Assembly: GCA_965216565.1 (NCBI GenBank)
Contig: OZ244170.1
Span: forward strand, 3,456,001-3,520,000
Reading direction: 5' to 3'
Source: Bythopirellula sp.
GTDB taxonomy: Bacteria; Planctomycetota; Planctomycetia; Pirellulales; Lacipirellulaceae
Length of the DNA: 64,000 bases
In this document: positions 19,516 through 30,731 of the stretch, piece by piece
Layout: each line of letters begins with the position of its first letter
Position numbering within the stretch: the first letter of the stretch is position 1
Program-made: the position numbers and the translations under genes
The notes under the pieces: model-generated
Databases searched by the model: none
The model's input: only the letters and a program-made list of their open reading frames with translations
What the model was told of the DNA's origin: nothing

Positions 19516-20139
19516 ATGAAGTCGACTCATTCCTTCTGCTTACCTCTCTTGCTGGCCTGCGGCTTAAACGTATATGCCAGCGAAAGCATATCTGCTGAGC
19601 ACCTGGTCACTATCTTCAATGGCAAGGACTTTACCGGCTGGGAACTTCCGAAGCAGGATTCGCATCGGGCATCCTGGCAAATTGAAAACGGCATTCTCAA
19701 GGTGAAAAACGACCCGCAGCAGGAGGGCTCCACTCTCTGGACTAAGAAGGATTACCGCAATTTCATTCTTGAATTCGAATTCAGAATGGGAAAGGGTGTG
19801 GTCGACTCTGGTGTGTTCCTGCGAAACTCAAATGACCAAATTCAAATTGGCAACTCGGGCTCGCTGAAACGCGACATGACCGCCTCGCCTTACATTGCCA
19901 GTGAAAGAGGCTATCCGGTGGAAGCCAATGGAATTAAGAAGCTGCTTAGGCCCCGAGATTGGAACGGTATGACCATCGTCGCCAAGGCAAACGACTACTG
20001 CGTCTGGCTTAACGGACAATTCGTGATGCACTATCGATCGAAGACTGCCGATGAGAAAGGGCCGATAGGCCTTCAGCTTCACCCAGGGCGTGAAATGGAG
20101 ATCGACTTCCGCAACATCCGCTTGGCGGAGCTCAGATAA
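19516..20139 (+). CDS. DUF1080 (3-keto-disaccharide hydrolase family) secreted protein
   Basis: IFNGKDFTGW, DSGVFLR, GPIGLQLH, FRNIRL. Confidence 0.88.
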   Translation: MKSTHSFCLPLLLACGLNVYASESISAEHLVTIFNGKDFTGWELPKQDSHRASWQIENGILKVKNDPQQEGSTLWTKKDYRNFILEFEFRMGKGVVDSGVFLRNSNDQIQIGNSGSLKRDMTASPYIASERGYPVEANGIKKLLRPRDWNGMTIVAKANDYCVWLNGQFVMHYRSKTADEKGPIGLQLHPGREMEIDFRNIRLAELR

Positions 20140-20159
20140 CGCTCAGCTTAAAAAGAGCT

Positions 20160-20684
20160 CTACGGGGCGATGATCGGTGAGCTCAGACCTTCGGTAGCCG
20201 CAAACTGGCTGATGACGTTTAAGAATGGTGCGCGAGCATATTGAAAAAACGATATCTGCCAACTCGACGCGTCGCCGGTACTCCAATGGCCTGCTTGGAT
20301 AGGGATTCGATCTAGAGTGTATGCCGCAAAGCTGGTGAACATGATGGCGACAAAAAGCCCCATCAGTGGACCGGCTATCATTTCCAACAATGGCACAAAT
20401 CGGAGGCGAGTTCTGGAAGCCTTTTCCAGCAGGATCCGCATGATCGTGACGGAGAGGAAAAACACGCCCCACACGCAGGCAAAGACTACATGCCAAGTAT
20501 AATCTTCGCCGGCGTCGACCTTCTCGGCAGCAAAACTACCTAAGGGTGCTCCGACAGAAAAAGCCAGAATGCCACCCAACAGCACGACCAGCAGCAACAC
20601 AGAGTTGCTCCACAGTCCTTCGTTGATGGTCATAGCCACCCCGGCAAAGAATACAAAGCACAGCAGAATTACAAGGTACAGCAT
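20160..20684 (-). CDS. CvpA-like integral membrane protein
   Basis: 4 TM helices, EGLWS near the N-terminus, IAG..MGL in TM4. Confidence 0.55.
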   Translation of the reverse strand: MLYLVILLCFVFFAGVAMTINEGLWSNSVLLLVVLLGGILAFSVGAPLGSFAAEKVDAGEDYTWHVVFACVWGVFFLSVTIMRILLEKASRTRLRFVPLLEMIAGPLMGLFVAIMFTSFAAYTLDRIPIQAGHWSTGDASSWQISFFQYARAPFLNVISQFAATEGLSSPIIAP

Positions 20685-20723
20685 AGTCAGCTTTCTTATT
20701 GGCGGCCGTCGATTCCCAGGGCC

Positions 20724-22628
20724 CTACTTCAAGACTCTCATTAATTCAGGTAGCGATGTCACTCCTTTAGCGACAAGCAAAATCCCTTCTTCTTGCAACA
20801 ACCGCTGGCTCGAAGCGCGGGCCGCTTTTTTCAGCAATTCTACCTTCGGCTGCTTCATCAAGATCTCGCGCATCTGGTCGTTGATCTCTAGCAATTCGAA
20901 GATGCCTGTCCGACCGATGTAGCCATTGCCCTGACACATTTTACAGGGCTTCTCGATTTCTTCGGGCTTCGGCGGACGATAGAGCTTGTCGATTTTTCCA
21001 GCAGGAATGCCAAGCTTCTTCAATATTTGCGGGGGCGGTGTGTAGGCCACTCGGCAGTCGACGCACAATTTGCGGACAAGCCTTTGATACAGCACACCCT
21101 TTAACGCCCTGGCGAATTCCTTCGGCGGCACCTTCATTTGCATAATACGAAGTGGTGCCTCCGCGGCCTCCTTGGCACGAACACTGGTGATTACCAGCTT
21201 TTCGTCTTTCACCTCGTTGAGCAGCAACTTCGCCGACTCGCTGTCGACCAAATCGCGGCAAATGTAAACGTTCGGATAGCTGCGAATTAGCTTTGGCATC
21301 AAGGTCGCCGGAGTTTCGCCTTCCTTGGCATTGTAGGTATGCACAGCAGTGTTCTGGATCTCTTGCTCGCGATGATTCTCCTCTTCGATAGTAACGAAAT
21401 CTCGCATGAGTCGGTCAGTTTCTTCAATCGAAACATCGATCAAAGTCGTCAGCCCACCACCCGGCAACGTAGAGAAAATCAGCAAACCTTGGTCGGCGTG
21501 CATCAGTTCGCTCCACTTTTCCTGCAGCCCTTCTCGCATGCCCAGATCGCTATAGGTATCGAAGGTCTGCTTTTCGCCACGGAGGTACATAATGACGCGC
21601 TCGCCCGTCTTCACTCCTTGTGCAGTCAGAGGACACAGATAGCTGTTGCCTTCGTATTTGGCGGCAAACTTGCCCTCTTGCTTTTTGCGTCGCTCACGCA
21701 CATCGAGGTTCGACAACGTTTTCATTACCGCGAGCATCACGTCGCCCGACTCGCGGTCCACGACTTCGCCATTGTGCCACATGCCGTCAATCTCGTGCTT
21801 CACGGCAACACCCTGTTGCGAGAAATCGAGCAGCACACGCTCGCTACGACGTTTCGACATGTCGGCTACTAAGTCTTTCAGCAGCAGATAGCCAGGTGAA
21901 TTGCGGGCCGAGAGCAAGTTGGCATTATCCGTGGTCGGATCATCGGCTCCCATCGCAAAGAAATCGACCGGAGCACCTTTCTCGTAGTCGGCTTTGCGTT
22001 CGGCATTGACCTTGATTCCCACCTTGCCAAGGACACTGGCAAACGCATAACGCCACCATGGTCCCGTGAGTACTGTCTGGTGAGGCTGGACATTCTTATT
22101 GTGAATAATCACATAGGGCACCCAGGTGACTAAGAACATTACTAGCCATACCGGAGCACGGATGATTGTAGCTAGGGGCAGAAAGAACAGCAGGGTCGCC
22201 ACTAAGAAAAACGGAAAGAACGCAATCGCGTTCCACTTGCTATAGCCCAGCTTGTAAATCTGAGCATCGCGGTTCACCCAGTCGGTGGCACCGACCCACA
22301 TCCAGAGCACCACAAATAGCATCAGCACCTTGAGCAACGGCATGATGCTAAAGCTGAGCCTTTCGACATTCGCGACAAATTCCTTTGCCCCGGCACCAGC
22401 CGCTGGCTTGTTTTGGTTGTTGGCCGCGGCAGGCTGATCGTCTTGCACCTTGTTGAGGTTCTTATTCTTCTTTAAATTGTCCGCCGCCATATCGGCTCGG
22501 ACGGCCTCGCCACCCAACACCGTTCCAACACCTACCTGCCCAAACACAACCTGGGTTGGGGCAACTACCAGAAAGGCTAGCAGGACCATCATCGAAACCA
22601 GAACGGATGTGACTACGCGTTTCATCAA
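20724..22628 (-). CDS. GspE/PilB-like protein with N-terminal TM helices and degenerate ATPase motifs
   Basis: QRLVRKLCVDC...CKMCQGNGYIGRTGIFELL and GVTSLPELMRV are typical of PilB; Walker A reads TLPGGGLTT. Confidence 0.85.
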   Translation of the reverse strand: MMKRVVTSVLVSMMVLLAFLVVAPTQVVFGQVGVGTVLGGEAVRADMAADNLKKNKNLNKVQDDQPAAANNQNKPAAGAGAKEFVANVERLSFSIMPLLKVLMLFVVLWMWVGATDWVNRDAQIYKLGYSKWNAIAFFPFFLVATLLFFLPLATIIRAPVWLVMFLVTWVPYVIIHNKNVQPHQTVLTGPWWRYAFASVLGKVGIKVNAERKADYEKGAPVDFFAMGADDPTTDNANLLSARNSPGYLLLKDLVADMSKRRSERVLLDFSQQGVAVKHEIDGMWHNGEVVDRESGDVMLAVMKTLSNLDVRERRKKQEGKFAAKYEGNSYLCPLTAQGVKTGERVIMYLRGEKQTFDTYSDLGMREGLQEKWSELMHADQGLLIFSTLPGGGLTTLIDVSIEETDRLMRDFVTIEEENHREQEIQNTAVHTYNAKEGETPATLMPKLIRSYPNVYICRDLVDSESAKLLLNEVKDEKLVITSVRAKEAAEAPLRIMQMKVPPKEFARALKGVLYQRLVRKLCVDCRVAYTPPPQILKKLGIPAGKIDKLYRPPKPEEIEKPCKMCQGNGYIGRTGIFELLEINDQMREILMKQPKVELLKKAARASSQRLLQEEGILLVAKGVTSLPELMRVLK

Positions 22629-23785
22629 ATCATACCGCCTTGGGTTACGTCGATTCCCTTGAGGGCCATCTTCAATGCTTCTCGGTTTGGCGCCACTTCC
22701 ATGGCAACTTCACGATCGATAAGTTCCTCGTCAACCAGCTTTTTAAGGCTCTGCGTGAAGTCCTGCATGCCATCTTCTGCACCCACACGGATAGCACCCG
22801 GCAAACGGTGATCTTCTTCCTCTAATACGAGTTTTCGCACCGTCGGCGAGAATGTCATTATCTCGACCGTTGGCACACGGCCCACTCCCGGCTTGATCGA
22901 TTTCAGCAGCTTCTGAGCAACGATCCCCTTCATGTTCATCGCAATGGCGCTGCGCAGTGCGCTGTGCATTTCTTGCGGGAAGAGGTCGAGGATACGACCA
23001 ATCGTCGATGCTGCCGTACTGGCATGAATCGTCCCAAATACCAAGTGACCCGTTTCCGCGGCGTGGATAGCCGTCATAAACGTTTCCTTGTCACGCATTT
23101 CGCCCACCAGCATCACGTCGGGATCTTCACGCACGGCATGCTTCATGCCGACTTCGAAATCAATTACATCGAGCCCGATTTCTCGCTGGTTGATCAAACA
23201 CTTGTCCTCGGTAAAGACGAATTCGATCGGGTCTTCCAGCGTCAGAATATGTTTGCGATAGCGTTGGTTGATCCAGTTGAGCATCGAGGCGATCGTGGTA
23301 CTTTTACCAGAACCGGTCACCCCCGCCAGCAAGATCATGCCCTGGTCGTAGGTACAAAGTTGCTCCATGGAAGGCGGCAGGTTCAGCCCTTCGAAGTCGG
23401 GGATCCAACTATTTACACGACGAGCCACCATCCCGATGTGGCCAAGTTGCTGCAGCAGGTTCACGCGGAATCGCCAGTTGGTGCCGTCGACTTCCAGCAT
23501 ATGGGCAAAGTCGGCACCACCGTCTTTGTCGAAAATCTTTCGGCTCCGCTCGTTCATCAGCGGAAAACAGAGCCGCACCATCTCTTCGTCGTCAATGGGT
23601 CCGCGGTTCATCGGACGCAGCGAGCCATCGACACGCACCATCGGCGGCTTGCCAACCTTGAGATGCAAGTCACTAGCTTCGAGCTTGACGCAAGCGCGGA
23701 ACAGCTTGTCGATTTCCAAGTCTTTATGGACTGCAACAAAACTATCGTAGTCGGATTCGTTGATCGAGCTTTTTGACATATCCAC
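22625..23785 (-). CDS. pilT: PilT/PilU-family type IV pilus ATPase
   Basis: ASDLHL, GVTGSGKST, EDPIE, DPDVMLVGEMRD, TGHLVFGTIH. Confidence 0.92.
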   Translation of the reverse strand: MDMSKSSINESDYDSFVAVHKDLEIDKLFRACVKLEASDLHLKVGKPPMVRVDGSLRPMNRGPIDDEEMVRLCFPLMNERSRKIFDKDGGADFAHMLEVDGTNWRFRVNLLQQLGHIGMVARRVNSWIPDFEGLNLPPSMEQLCTYDQGMILLAGVTGSGKSTTIASMLNWINQRYRKHILTLEDPIEFVFTEDKCLINQREIGLDVIDFEVGMKHAVREDPDVMLVGEMRDKETFMTAIHAAETGHLVFGTIHASTAASTIGRILDLFPQEMHSALRSAIAMNMKGIVAQKLLKSIKPGVGRVPTVEIMTFSPTVRKLVLEEEDHRLPGAIRVGAEDGMQDFTQSLKKLVDEELIDREVAMEVAPNREALKMALKGIDVTQGGMI

Positions 23786-23861
23786 ACTTTCCAGGGCTAA
23801 CTCGTTGCTGCTTCTGGAGTTTGTTCACGCTGATTCCTCTCCCCTAGTCGGGAAAAGGAAA

Positions 23862-24644
23862 TCATACGGCTTCGATTGCTATCCGCACCGGGACACCCCG
23901 CTCGGCCATCACGCGCTTGGTTTCTTCTATTGTATACTCGCCAAAATGAAAAATGCTGGCTGCCAGTGCCGCATCGGCTTTTCCAGCGGTTACTGCTTCA
24001 GCCAAATGCTCGGGGCAACCGGCCCCACCGCTAGCCACCACAGGGATGGGGACCGCCTCAGCCACCGCTGAGGTAATCTCCAAATCATACCCGTCTTTGG
24101 TTCCATCGGCATCCATGCTGGTGAGCACAATCTCACCCGCTCCCAATTCCACCACCTGACGGGCCCAATCGACCGCTTCAAGCCCAGTACCAATGCGGCC
24201 ACCGTTAATGTGTACTTCCCACACCTCGCGACCTTCTTTCATCACGCGCTTGGGATCGATATTCACCACAATGCACTGGCTGCCGAATTTCAGTGCCGCT
24301 GCTCGCACAAACTCTGGATCGCGAACCGCCGCTGAGTTGATCGAAACTTTGTCGCATCCAGCCAACAGCAAATTTCGGATGTCTTCCAAATCTCGAATGC
24401 CCCCGCCAACAGTCAGCGGCATGAATACTTGTTCGGCCGTCCGCCTGACGACATCGAGCATAATATCGCGACCTTCATGGCTAGCCGTGATATCAAGGAA
24501 CACCAACTCGTCGGCACCTTCTCGTTCATACCGCGCGGCGACTTCAACCGGATCACCAGCGTCGCGCAGATTGACGAAGTTGGTACCTTTGACAACTCGG
24601 CCACTCTCGACGTCCAAACAGGGGATCACGCGTTTGGCAAGCAT
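23862..24644 (-). CDS. hisF: Imidazole glycerol phosphate synthase cyclase subunit
   Basis: [39 protein letters not shown]. Confidence 0.98.
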   Translation of the reverse strand: MLAKRVIPCLDVESGRVVKGTNFVNLRDAGDPVEVAARYEREGADELVFLDITASHEGRDIMLDVVRRTAEQVFMPLTVGGGIRDLEDIRNLLLAGCDKVSINSAAVRDPEFVRAAALKFGSQCIVVNIDPKRVMKEGREVWEVHINGGRIGTGLEAVDWARQVVELGAGEIVLTSMDADGTKDGYDLEITSAVAEAVPIPVVASGGAGCPEHLAEAVTAGKADAALAASIFHFGEYTIEETKRVMAERGVPVRIAIEAV

Positions 24645-24786
24645 CGAAGACCGATTGACCTCAGACTAAGTGTGAGAGTTGGAAGATTGCCATACCGGAA
24701 TTTCAACCCGATGAGTCGACTTCTGCCGCCTCGCAGGCGACCGAAGTCTCGTAAGCTATTTAGTTTAAGTAGCTTGCGGGGGGTGG

Positions 24787-26817
24787 TCAACTAGATCGCT
24801 GGGGGCACAGTTCGCCGTAATCGAGACAGACTCGGCGGCATTCGGGCAATGAGTCCAGGAACAGACGGCCGTACGATTTGCTATGAACCCTCGGATCGAG
24901 AATCACGACGCGTCCCTCATCGTTACGCGTTCGAATCAGCCGGCCAAACCCTTGCTTCAATTTCAGGGCGGCTTCTGGCAATTGATAATCGCGGAATGGC
25001 TGCCCGCCACTGGCGCGGATCGCCTCCAATCGAGCCTCCAGAAGAGGTCGATCGGGCACACTAAACGGGAGCTTGGCAATTATCACCTGCCGCAGTGCGT
25101 CGCCAGGAACATCGACCCCCTGCCAAAAACTGTCGGCTCCAAGCAAGATCGCGCGGGGATCGCGTTTAAACTCTTGTATCATTTGGCTGCGAGGCGTACC
25201 GTCCGATTGACTGATCAGATTCAAATTGTTCGCCCGCAACCAGGGCGACAGCGTCGCCGCGACACGACGCATCATCTCGTAACTGGTGAGTAGCACAAAC
25301 GTGTGGCCATCCTGCTCTCGCGTGAAGTGTTGAATTAACTGCACACACGCGCGAAAATACTCTTCCTGCTCTTTACCCGGATCGGGCATGCCCTGCATTG
25401 TTACTAGCTCCGCTTGCTCTTGATAATCGAAAGGACTATCGAGCTGCTCGGTGCGTGTCTTGACCAATCCCAGTCGTTCGCGGAAGAAGTCGAACGAGTC
25501 GTCCTTGCCGATCGACAATGTCGCACTGGTAAGAATGACGGTCGGCAATTTCTGAAATAGCTGTTCTCGCAATGCTGGCCCGACATCCAAGGGTGCCGCC
25601 GAGAGTGTCATCCTCGGCTGGCCTCGCCGCGTTTTGTAAGACTCCATCCAATAAACCGCCGAATCAATCTCCTGACGGTGCCAGGTAATCAGTTCCCCCC
25701 CCAAAGCGACGAGTCGATCCGAGGCGGAGATGAAATCTTGCCGTTCGGTTTCATCCTGCTGCATGTCGCCGGCGCGTTTGACTTCCCGCGCTAGGACTCG
25801 CAATTCAGGGCTGAGGGGATTGTTGATTTTGATCGGACTACGTACGCGACCGTTTTGTGGTGCGCTAGCCTCAAGCCAATCACCCAAGTCGGCAAAGAAT
25901 TCGTCCGCCGCGATGCGACACCTATCCACTTGCTCCGAAAGTTCTCGCAAGCCATGGTGAACGAGCAGTCCCTTTTGCGTGCGATCGTTGTAGAGCCGAC
26001 TCAAGGTGTATTCGATTTGCCCACTAGTGATGCGGACTCCCAAATGGTCGGCCGCTACCGATTCCACCGTGTGGGCTTCGTCCAGCACCACCACCTGGTA
26101 ATCGGGAAGCAAACTCACACCCTGGCGTCGCAGTGCTAAATCGCTGAAGAAGAGCGCGTGATTGACGATCATGATTTGCGCATGCTGCGCCCGACGCCGA
26201 TCCTGATAGTAAAAGCACTTCTTATAGCTTGGGCACCGGCGCCCCATGCAATTGCCGTGGTCGCTGGCCACTTCGTCCCACACCTGGGGGGCCGGCTTGA
26301 AGTTCAAATCGCTCAGCGATCCGTCGTGCGTGGTTTCGCTCCAGGTGCGGAGCTCCTTGAGTTGCGTCATCGATTCGTCGGTTTCAAACAAAGTTTGTCC
26401 TCGCGAAACCGCTTTTTGCAAGCGACGCAGGCTCACGTAGTTGCGACGACCTTTTACGAGAACAGCGGAGAACTCACGAGGGATCACGCTATTGAGCAGC
26501 GGCAAATCTTTCCGCAATAGCTGTTCCTGAAGACTTATGGTGTGCGTGGAGATCACCACCCGCAGAGGCGGTTCTTTCTCGCCTCGGTCTGCCTGCTTCT
26601 CAGTCGCTGCGAGAATCGCCGGTACCAGATAGGCAAAGCTCTTCCCTACGCCGGTGCCGGCCTCCACGACCAAGTGTTCTTCAGCATCGATGGCAGCCGC
26701 CACCGCATCGGCCATCGCCAATTGCTGAGGTCGATCCTCATACTGCTCTAGCCGTCGAGCAATCGCACCGTCTGCACCGAGAACATCGGCAACCGTGATT
26801 TCAGTGGAGGAAGCCAA
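24787..26817 (-). CDS. dinG: DinG/YoaA-family ATP-dependent DNA helicase
   Basis: RPQQ Q-motif, [33 protein letters not shown]. Confidence 0.9.
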   Translation of the reverse strand: MASSTEITVADVLGADGAIARRLEQYEDRPQQLAMADAVAAAIDAEEHLVVEAGTGVGKSFAYLVPAILAATEKQADRGEKEPPLRVVISTHTISLQEQLLRKDLPLLNSVIPREFSAVLVKGRRNYVSLRRLQKAVSRGQTLFETDESMTQLKELRTWSETTHDGSLSDLNFKPAPQVWDEVASDHGNCMGRRCPSYKKCFYYQDRRRAQHAQIMIVNHALFFSDLALRRQGVSLLPDYQVVVLDEAHTVESVAADHLGVRITSGQIEYTLSRLYNDRTQKGLLVHHGLRELSEQVDRCRIAADEFFADLGDWLEASAPQNGRVRSPIKINNPLSPELRVLAREVKRAGDMQQDETERQDFISASDRLVALGGELITWHRQEIDSAVYWMESYKTRRGQPRMTLSAAPLDVGPALREQLFQKLPTVILTSATLSIGKDDSFDFFRERLGLVKTRTEQLDSPFDYQEQAELVTMQGMPDPGKEQEEYFRACVQLIQHFTREQDGHTFVLLTSYEMMRRVAATLSPWLRANNLNLISQSDGTPRSQMIQEFKRDPRAILLGADSFWQGVDVPGDALRQVIIAKLPFSVPDRPLLEARLEAIRASGGQPFRDYQLPEAALKLKQGFGRLIRTRNDEGRVVILDPRVHSKSYGRLFLDSLPECRRVCLDYGELCPQRSS

Positions 26818-26859
26818 CCGTGGTTTCTCTCAGGGGGGATGCGTGACGGGACCAAGAGC

Positions 26860-27696
26860 CTAACGAGGTTTGGCCGTGATCGTGCCCTCGTCGGGGCTGC
26901 TGGCGGTGGCGTACAGCTTTTTGGGAATCCGGCCCGCCAGGTATGCCAGTCGACCGGCTTCGATGCCTAGTCGCATGGCGTCGGCCATGGCCAGCGGATC
27001 TTGGGCATGGGCGATGCCCGTGTTGAGTAGCACCCCGTCGACGCCCAGTTCCATGGCCTGGGTGACATCGCTGGCGGTGCCGACGCCCGCGTCGACAATC
27101 ACAGGATAGTCCGGGTCGTTGTCTTTGAGATACTCCATACAAATGCGGATGTTGTTCGGATTGAGGATCCCCTGCCCCGAACCGATGGGGCTTCCGGCAG
27201 GCATCACGCTGGTGGCCCCGGCTTCTTTCAACCGTCGTGCCACTACCGGATCGTCGGTGGAATAGCAGAGAACCTGGAAGCCCTCAGCAACCAGCTTTTC
27301 GGTGGCTTCGATCGTAGCGACTGGATCGGGCAGCAATGTTTTGGTATCGCTCAGAACTTCCAGTTTCACCCAATCGGCACCAGGGTTTTCCAAGCCCTCC
27401 AGAATCTCGCGTCCTAAACGCGCTACTCGTACAGCATCTTCGGCATTGAAGCACCCAGCGGTATTCGGCAGCAGTGTGTAGCGATCGGTATCGATGAAAT
27501 CGAGCAGATTGTTGCCCTGGGCATCAATCAATCGCTCGCGGCGCACCGCTACCGTAATGCAATCGGTGCCCGAGCGCTCCAGCGACTCCTGCATCAGGGG
27601 ATAACTAGCATACTTGCCCGTGCCGACAATGAGCCGACTCTGCAAAGTATGCGTGCCAATCGTAAGCTGTGATTCTTGAGTAATGTCAATAGACAT
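26860..27696 (-). CDS. thiG: Thiazole synthase
   Basis: [35 protein letters not shown]. Confidence 0.98.
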   Translation of the reverse strand: MSIDITQESQLTIGTHTLQSRLIVGTGKYASYPLMQESLERSGTDCITVAVRRERLIDAQGNNLLDFIDTDRYTLLPNTAGCFNAEDAVRVARLGREILEGLENPGADWVKLEVLSDTKTLLPDPVATIEATEKLVAEGFQVLCYSTDDPVVARRLKEAGATSVMPAGSPIGSGQGILNPNNIRICMEYLKDNDPDYPVIVDAGVGTASDVTQAMELGVDGVLLNTGIAHAQDPLAMADAMRLGIEAGRLAYLAGRIPKKLYATASSPDEGTITAKPR

Positions 27697-27755
27697 GGTG
27701 AATTCGTTTGTTGGTCAGTCGTCAGTTACAAGTTGGATTGATGTCCGCTCTCAAA

Positions 27756-27956
27756 CTAGCCCCCACCCACTAAGGTTACTACTTCCAGTTGATCGCCCGC
27801 CGTGAGTTTGGTCTCGGCATGATCGGCCCGAGGTACGAGTTGGCGGTTGCACTCCACCGCGAGATACCGAGGGTCGAGTTCCAGTTCGCTAATGAGTGCT
27901 GCAATGGTGATCTCATCCGCCACTTCGCGCTGCTGACCATTGACTTCGATTTGCAT
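27756..27956 (-). CDS. thiS: Sulfur carrier protein
   Basis: MQIEVNG...[10 protein letters not shown] with C-terminal GG; 66 aa; upstream of thiG. Confidence 0.95.
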   Translation of the reverse strand: MQIEVNGQQREVADEITIAALISELELDPRYLAVECNRQLVPRADHAETKLTAGDQLEVVTLVGGG

Positions 27957-27975
27957 CTCAAACTCCGTTGCCGCC

Positions 27976-28497
27976 TCAGTCTCGCACCGCAGCCGTTCGA
28001 AAGGTGCCACTTGCCACCAGAGCCAACGTCCCCCGCTGAGGTTTGCCCGCCGCATTCAAACTAGAATTGAAAGGCAAGGCGTAAGAACAAACCTGGCCGG
28101 TGGTCGCCTCGGCCACATACACCAGGCTTCTGCCAATCTGGGTACCGGCACTTCCGCGAGGCAGATCAGCAACTCCGGTGACCATTAGGTACTTGGGGTT
28201 TTTGGCGTAGCCTTCGAAGTCGCCTTGGATATTGCGTTCAAACAGCGCCGTAAACTCGGCAGTCCGCCGACTAACGACCGCAGCACGCAAGTCGCCCGTG
28301 AGGAAATCGAGAAAATAAAACGCTTCGACTTCGTTATCGGCAAAGCCAGTGGCGATGGCAAAATTTGCCTCGCCATGAGTGGCCGAAGCGTGCACTAGCT
28401 GTGGCTGACCAGTCCCAAACCAAGCGACCGTCAATAGCCCACCCGCGAAGACACCCAACACCACGAGTGCAGCATGATTGCAGAACTTCTGAAACAT
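27976..28497 (-). CDS. Exported hypothetical protein
   Basis: ATG at 28497 with GGGAGA SD; N-terminal hydrophobic segment; beta-rich body ([11 protein letters not shown]). Confidence 0.75.
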   Translation of the reverse strand: MFQKFCNHAALVVLGVFAGGLLTVAWFGTGQPQLVHASATHGEANFAIATGFADNEVEAFYFLDFLTGDLRAAVVSRRTAEFTALFERNIQGDFEGYAKNPKYLMVTGVADLPRGSAGTQIGRSLVYVAEATTGQVCSYALPFNSSLNAAGKPQRGTLALVASGTFRTAAVRD

Positions 28498-28503
28498 GGT
28501 TCT

Positions 28504-28582
28504 TCTCCCAAACAAGGATACGAGCCGATGGCCTCGCTCATTCACCGAGGCCACGCTATATGCATCGTACCGCTTTGGGAGA
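28504..28582 (-). promoter_or_regulatory. Nested hairpin covering the Shine-Dalgarno site of the 28497 gene
   Basis: TCTCCCAAA/TTTGGGAGA (9 bp), GGATACGA/TCGTACC, TGGCCTCG/CGAGGCCA (8 bp). Confidence 0.5.
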
Positions 28583-28625
28583 CGAGAATCCAGGAGGTGG
28601 AGATCTACCTGCAGCCTCGGGACGC

Positions 28626-29324
28626 TCAGTCGCTTCCGCCGCCACCAAATCGCATGACGTAGTACAGCAGAATCATGACTGACTGCAGTGTTGCCGCCAC
28701 ATAGGTCCATGCGGCCGCATTCAGCACACGGTTGACATATACCATGCTCTCGCCGGGAACTATGCCGTGATCGACGAGCAGTCTCTTAGCCCGTGCACTG
28801 GCGTCGAATTCTACAGGCAGATTGATGAGCTGAAATGCGGCGACGCAGCCGAATGCCACGATACCGATCATCAGCAAAGTGTGACCAAAGGCGATCTGTG
28901 TGTAGAGCAGTCCGATGCCAGCAAAAATCAGTAGCGTGCTGAAACGTCCACCGAAGCTGGCAACCGGCACAGCCATGTTGCGAATCACCAGTGGTGCATA
29001 TCGCTTGGCGTCTTGCAATGCGTGCCCCGCCTCATGAGCGGCAATTCCAACTGCGGCGGTAGAGCGCTGTCCGAAGACACCCTGACTCAATCGAAGCACT
29101 TTGTCGCTCGGGTCGTAGTGGTCGGTCAACTGACCCGGCACCTGCTCGATACCGACGTCCTGCAAGCCGGCAGCGTCCAGGATATGACGCGCCGCGGCAG
29201 CTCCGCTGATCGAAACAGGGACTTTCGACGCTTCGGCATAAGCCGACTTCACTTTCATCTGTGCCCAAAAAGCCAGCAACAAAGCCGGAGCAAGATAAAG
29301 GAAGTACATGGGATCAAAAAACAT
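28626..29324 (-). CDS. YugP-like membrane zinc metallopeptidase
   Basis: LTDHYDP, AAHEAGHALQ, LPVEFDASARA, AAAWTYVAA. Confidence 0.92.
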   Translation of the reverse strand: MFFDPMYFLYLAPALLLAFWAQMKVKSAYAEASKVPVSISGAAAARHILDAAGLQDVGIEQVPGQLTDHYDPSDKVLRLSQGVFGQRSTAAVGIAAHEAGHALQDAKRYAPLVIRNMAVPVASFGGRFSTLLIFAGIGLLYTQIAFGHTLLMIGIVAFGCVAAFQLINLPVEFDASARAKRLLVDHGIVPGESMVYVNRVLNAAAWTYVAATLQSVMILLYYVMRFGGGGSD

Positions 29325-29496
29325 GATCAAATTCTCCAGCAACTATTTTGCAAATTCGAAAAACTTAGGTGAGTCCTCAGCCGGGTTCTGACAGATCGCC
29401 CGGTATCGGTTCTACGCAGAATGCTATCGGCCGGTTCGCCCAGCGGCAAGGTGACAATTTGCCTGCATAGATTGCTTATTCGCCGGAAATGGCCAT

Positions 29497-30636
29497 TTAT
29501 TGGCTGCCTACGGCAATCGGAGCTCCGGTACTCCACCCCGCCTCGTCCCGTTCCACCCGATGGTAGAGGGTATCGCGCTCCACCGGTTCGCGACCTGCCT
29601 CTTCAATGACGGCACGAATTTTCTCGACACTCAAAATTTCCGGTGTCTCCGCTCCTGCGTCGTGATAAATCAGCTCGTGGCGGACCGTGCCGTCGATATC
29701 GTCGGCACCATACGACAAAGCTACCTGCGCTGTCCCAACGCCCAGCATGATCCAATATGCCTTCATGTGCGGTACATTGTCGAGCATCAACCGACTAATG
29801 GCCATCGTCCGCAAATCCATGGCCGCCGAGGGTTTGGTGATATGGCTCAGCCCAGTGTTTTCAGGATGAAACGCCAAGGGGATGAACGTTTGAAAACCAC
29901 CCGTCTCGTTTTGCAACTCCCGCAATCTAAGTAGATGGTCGATGCGGTGAAACGGCTGTTCGATATGCCCGTAAAGCATGGTGCAATTCGACCGCAGCCC
30001 AAGTTCATGAGCGGTGCGGTGCGTTTCAAACCAACGGCTGGAGTCGGCCTTGTGCTCGCAAATTTGGTCACGAACTTCGGGATGGAAAATCTCGGCCCCG
30101 CCGCCGGGTAAGCTTCCAAGCCCTGCATCCTTCATGTCTTCCAGCACCCACCGAATCGATTTTCCGGTCAGCCGGGCAAACCAATCGATTTCCACAGGTG
30201 TCCAAGCCTTGAGGTGCAGCGTCGGATAGGCATCTCTCAGCAGGCTCACCACCTTGCGGTACCAATCGTATTTGGCTTGGTGATGCAGTCCACCAACGAT
30301 GTGCATCTCCGTGCTACCCGCGTTAACCGCCTCTTGCCCCCGGGCCAGGACTTGTTCGTCGCTCATCCAATAGCCCTTGGCATCGCGCAGGTCGGCACGA
30401 AACGCACAGAACGTGCAGCGGTAGACGCACACATTGGTCGGGTTCAAGTGGGTATTGATATTGTAGTAAGCGAAGTTGCCGTTCTTGCGTTCACGAACGA
30501 CATTAGCCAACTCACCCAACTCCGGCAGCGGCACATCGTCGCGGTACATCAGCAGACCATCGTCAGCCGAGAGCCGCTCGCCTGCTTCGACTTTCTCACG
30601 GATCGTTTCAAGTTGGGGGGAAGATGTGCGAAGCAT
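29497..30636 (-). CDS. mqnE: Aminofutalosine synthase (radical SAM)
   Basis: NPTNVCVYRCTFCAF, SLPGGGAEIF, FIPLAFHPENT, HMKAYW, IYHDAGA. Confidence 0.9.
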   Translation of the reverse strand: MLRTSSPQLETIREKVEAGERLSADDGLLMYRDDVPLPELGELANVVRERKNGNFAYYNINTHLNPTNVCVYRCTFCAFRADLRDAKGYWMSDEQVLARGQEAVNAGSTEMHIVGGLHHQAKYDWYRKVVSLLRDAYPTLHLKAWTPVEIDWFARLTGKSIRWVLEDMKDAGLGSLPGGGAEIFHPEVRDQICEHKADSSRWFETHRTAHELGLRSNCTMLYGHIEQPFHRIDHLLRLRELQNETGGFQTFIPLAFHPENTGLSHITKPSAAMDLRTMAISRLMLDNVPHMKAYWIMLGVGTAQVALSYGADDIDGTVRHELIYHDAGAETPEILSVEKIRAVIEEAGREPVERDTLYHRVERDEAGWSTGAPIAVGSQ

Positions 30637-30731
30637 GGATGATTGTCGGCGGTCCGTTGTTAGTTGTGAAATCAATTCCCGGCGACGCTCACCGCAGCGG
30701 GCAAACTGCGTGTCGCGGCCATTTCCCTAGT

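Noticed and set aside
27957..28625. TPP riboswitch upstream of thiS-thiG
   Set aside because: The conserved CUGAGA plus ACCUGA...GUAAU core is not present in the intergenic segments.
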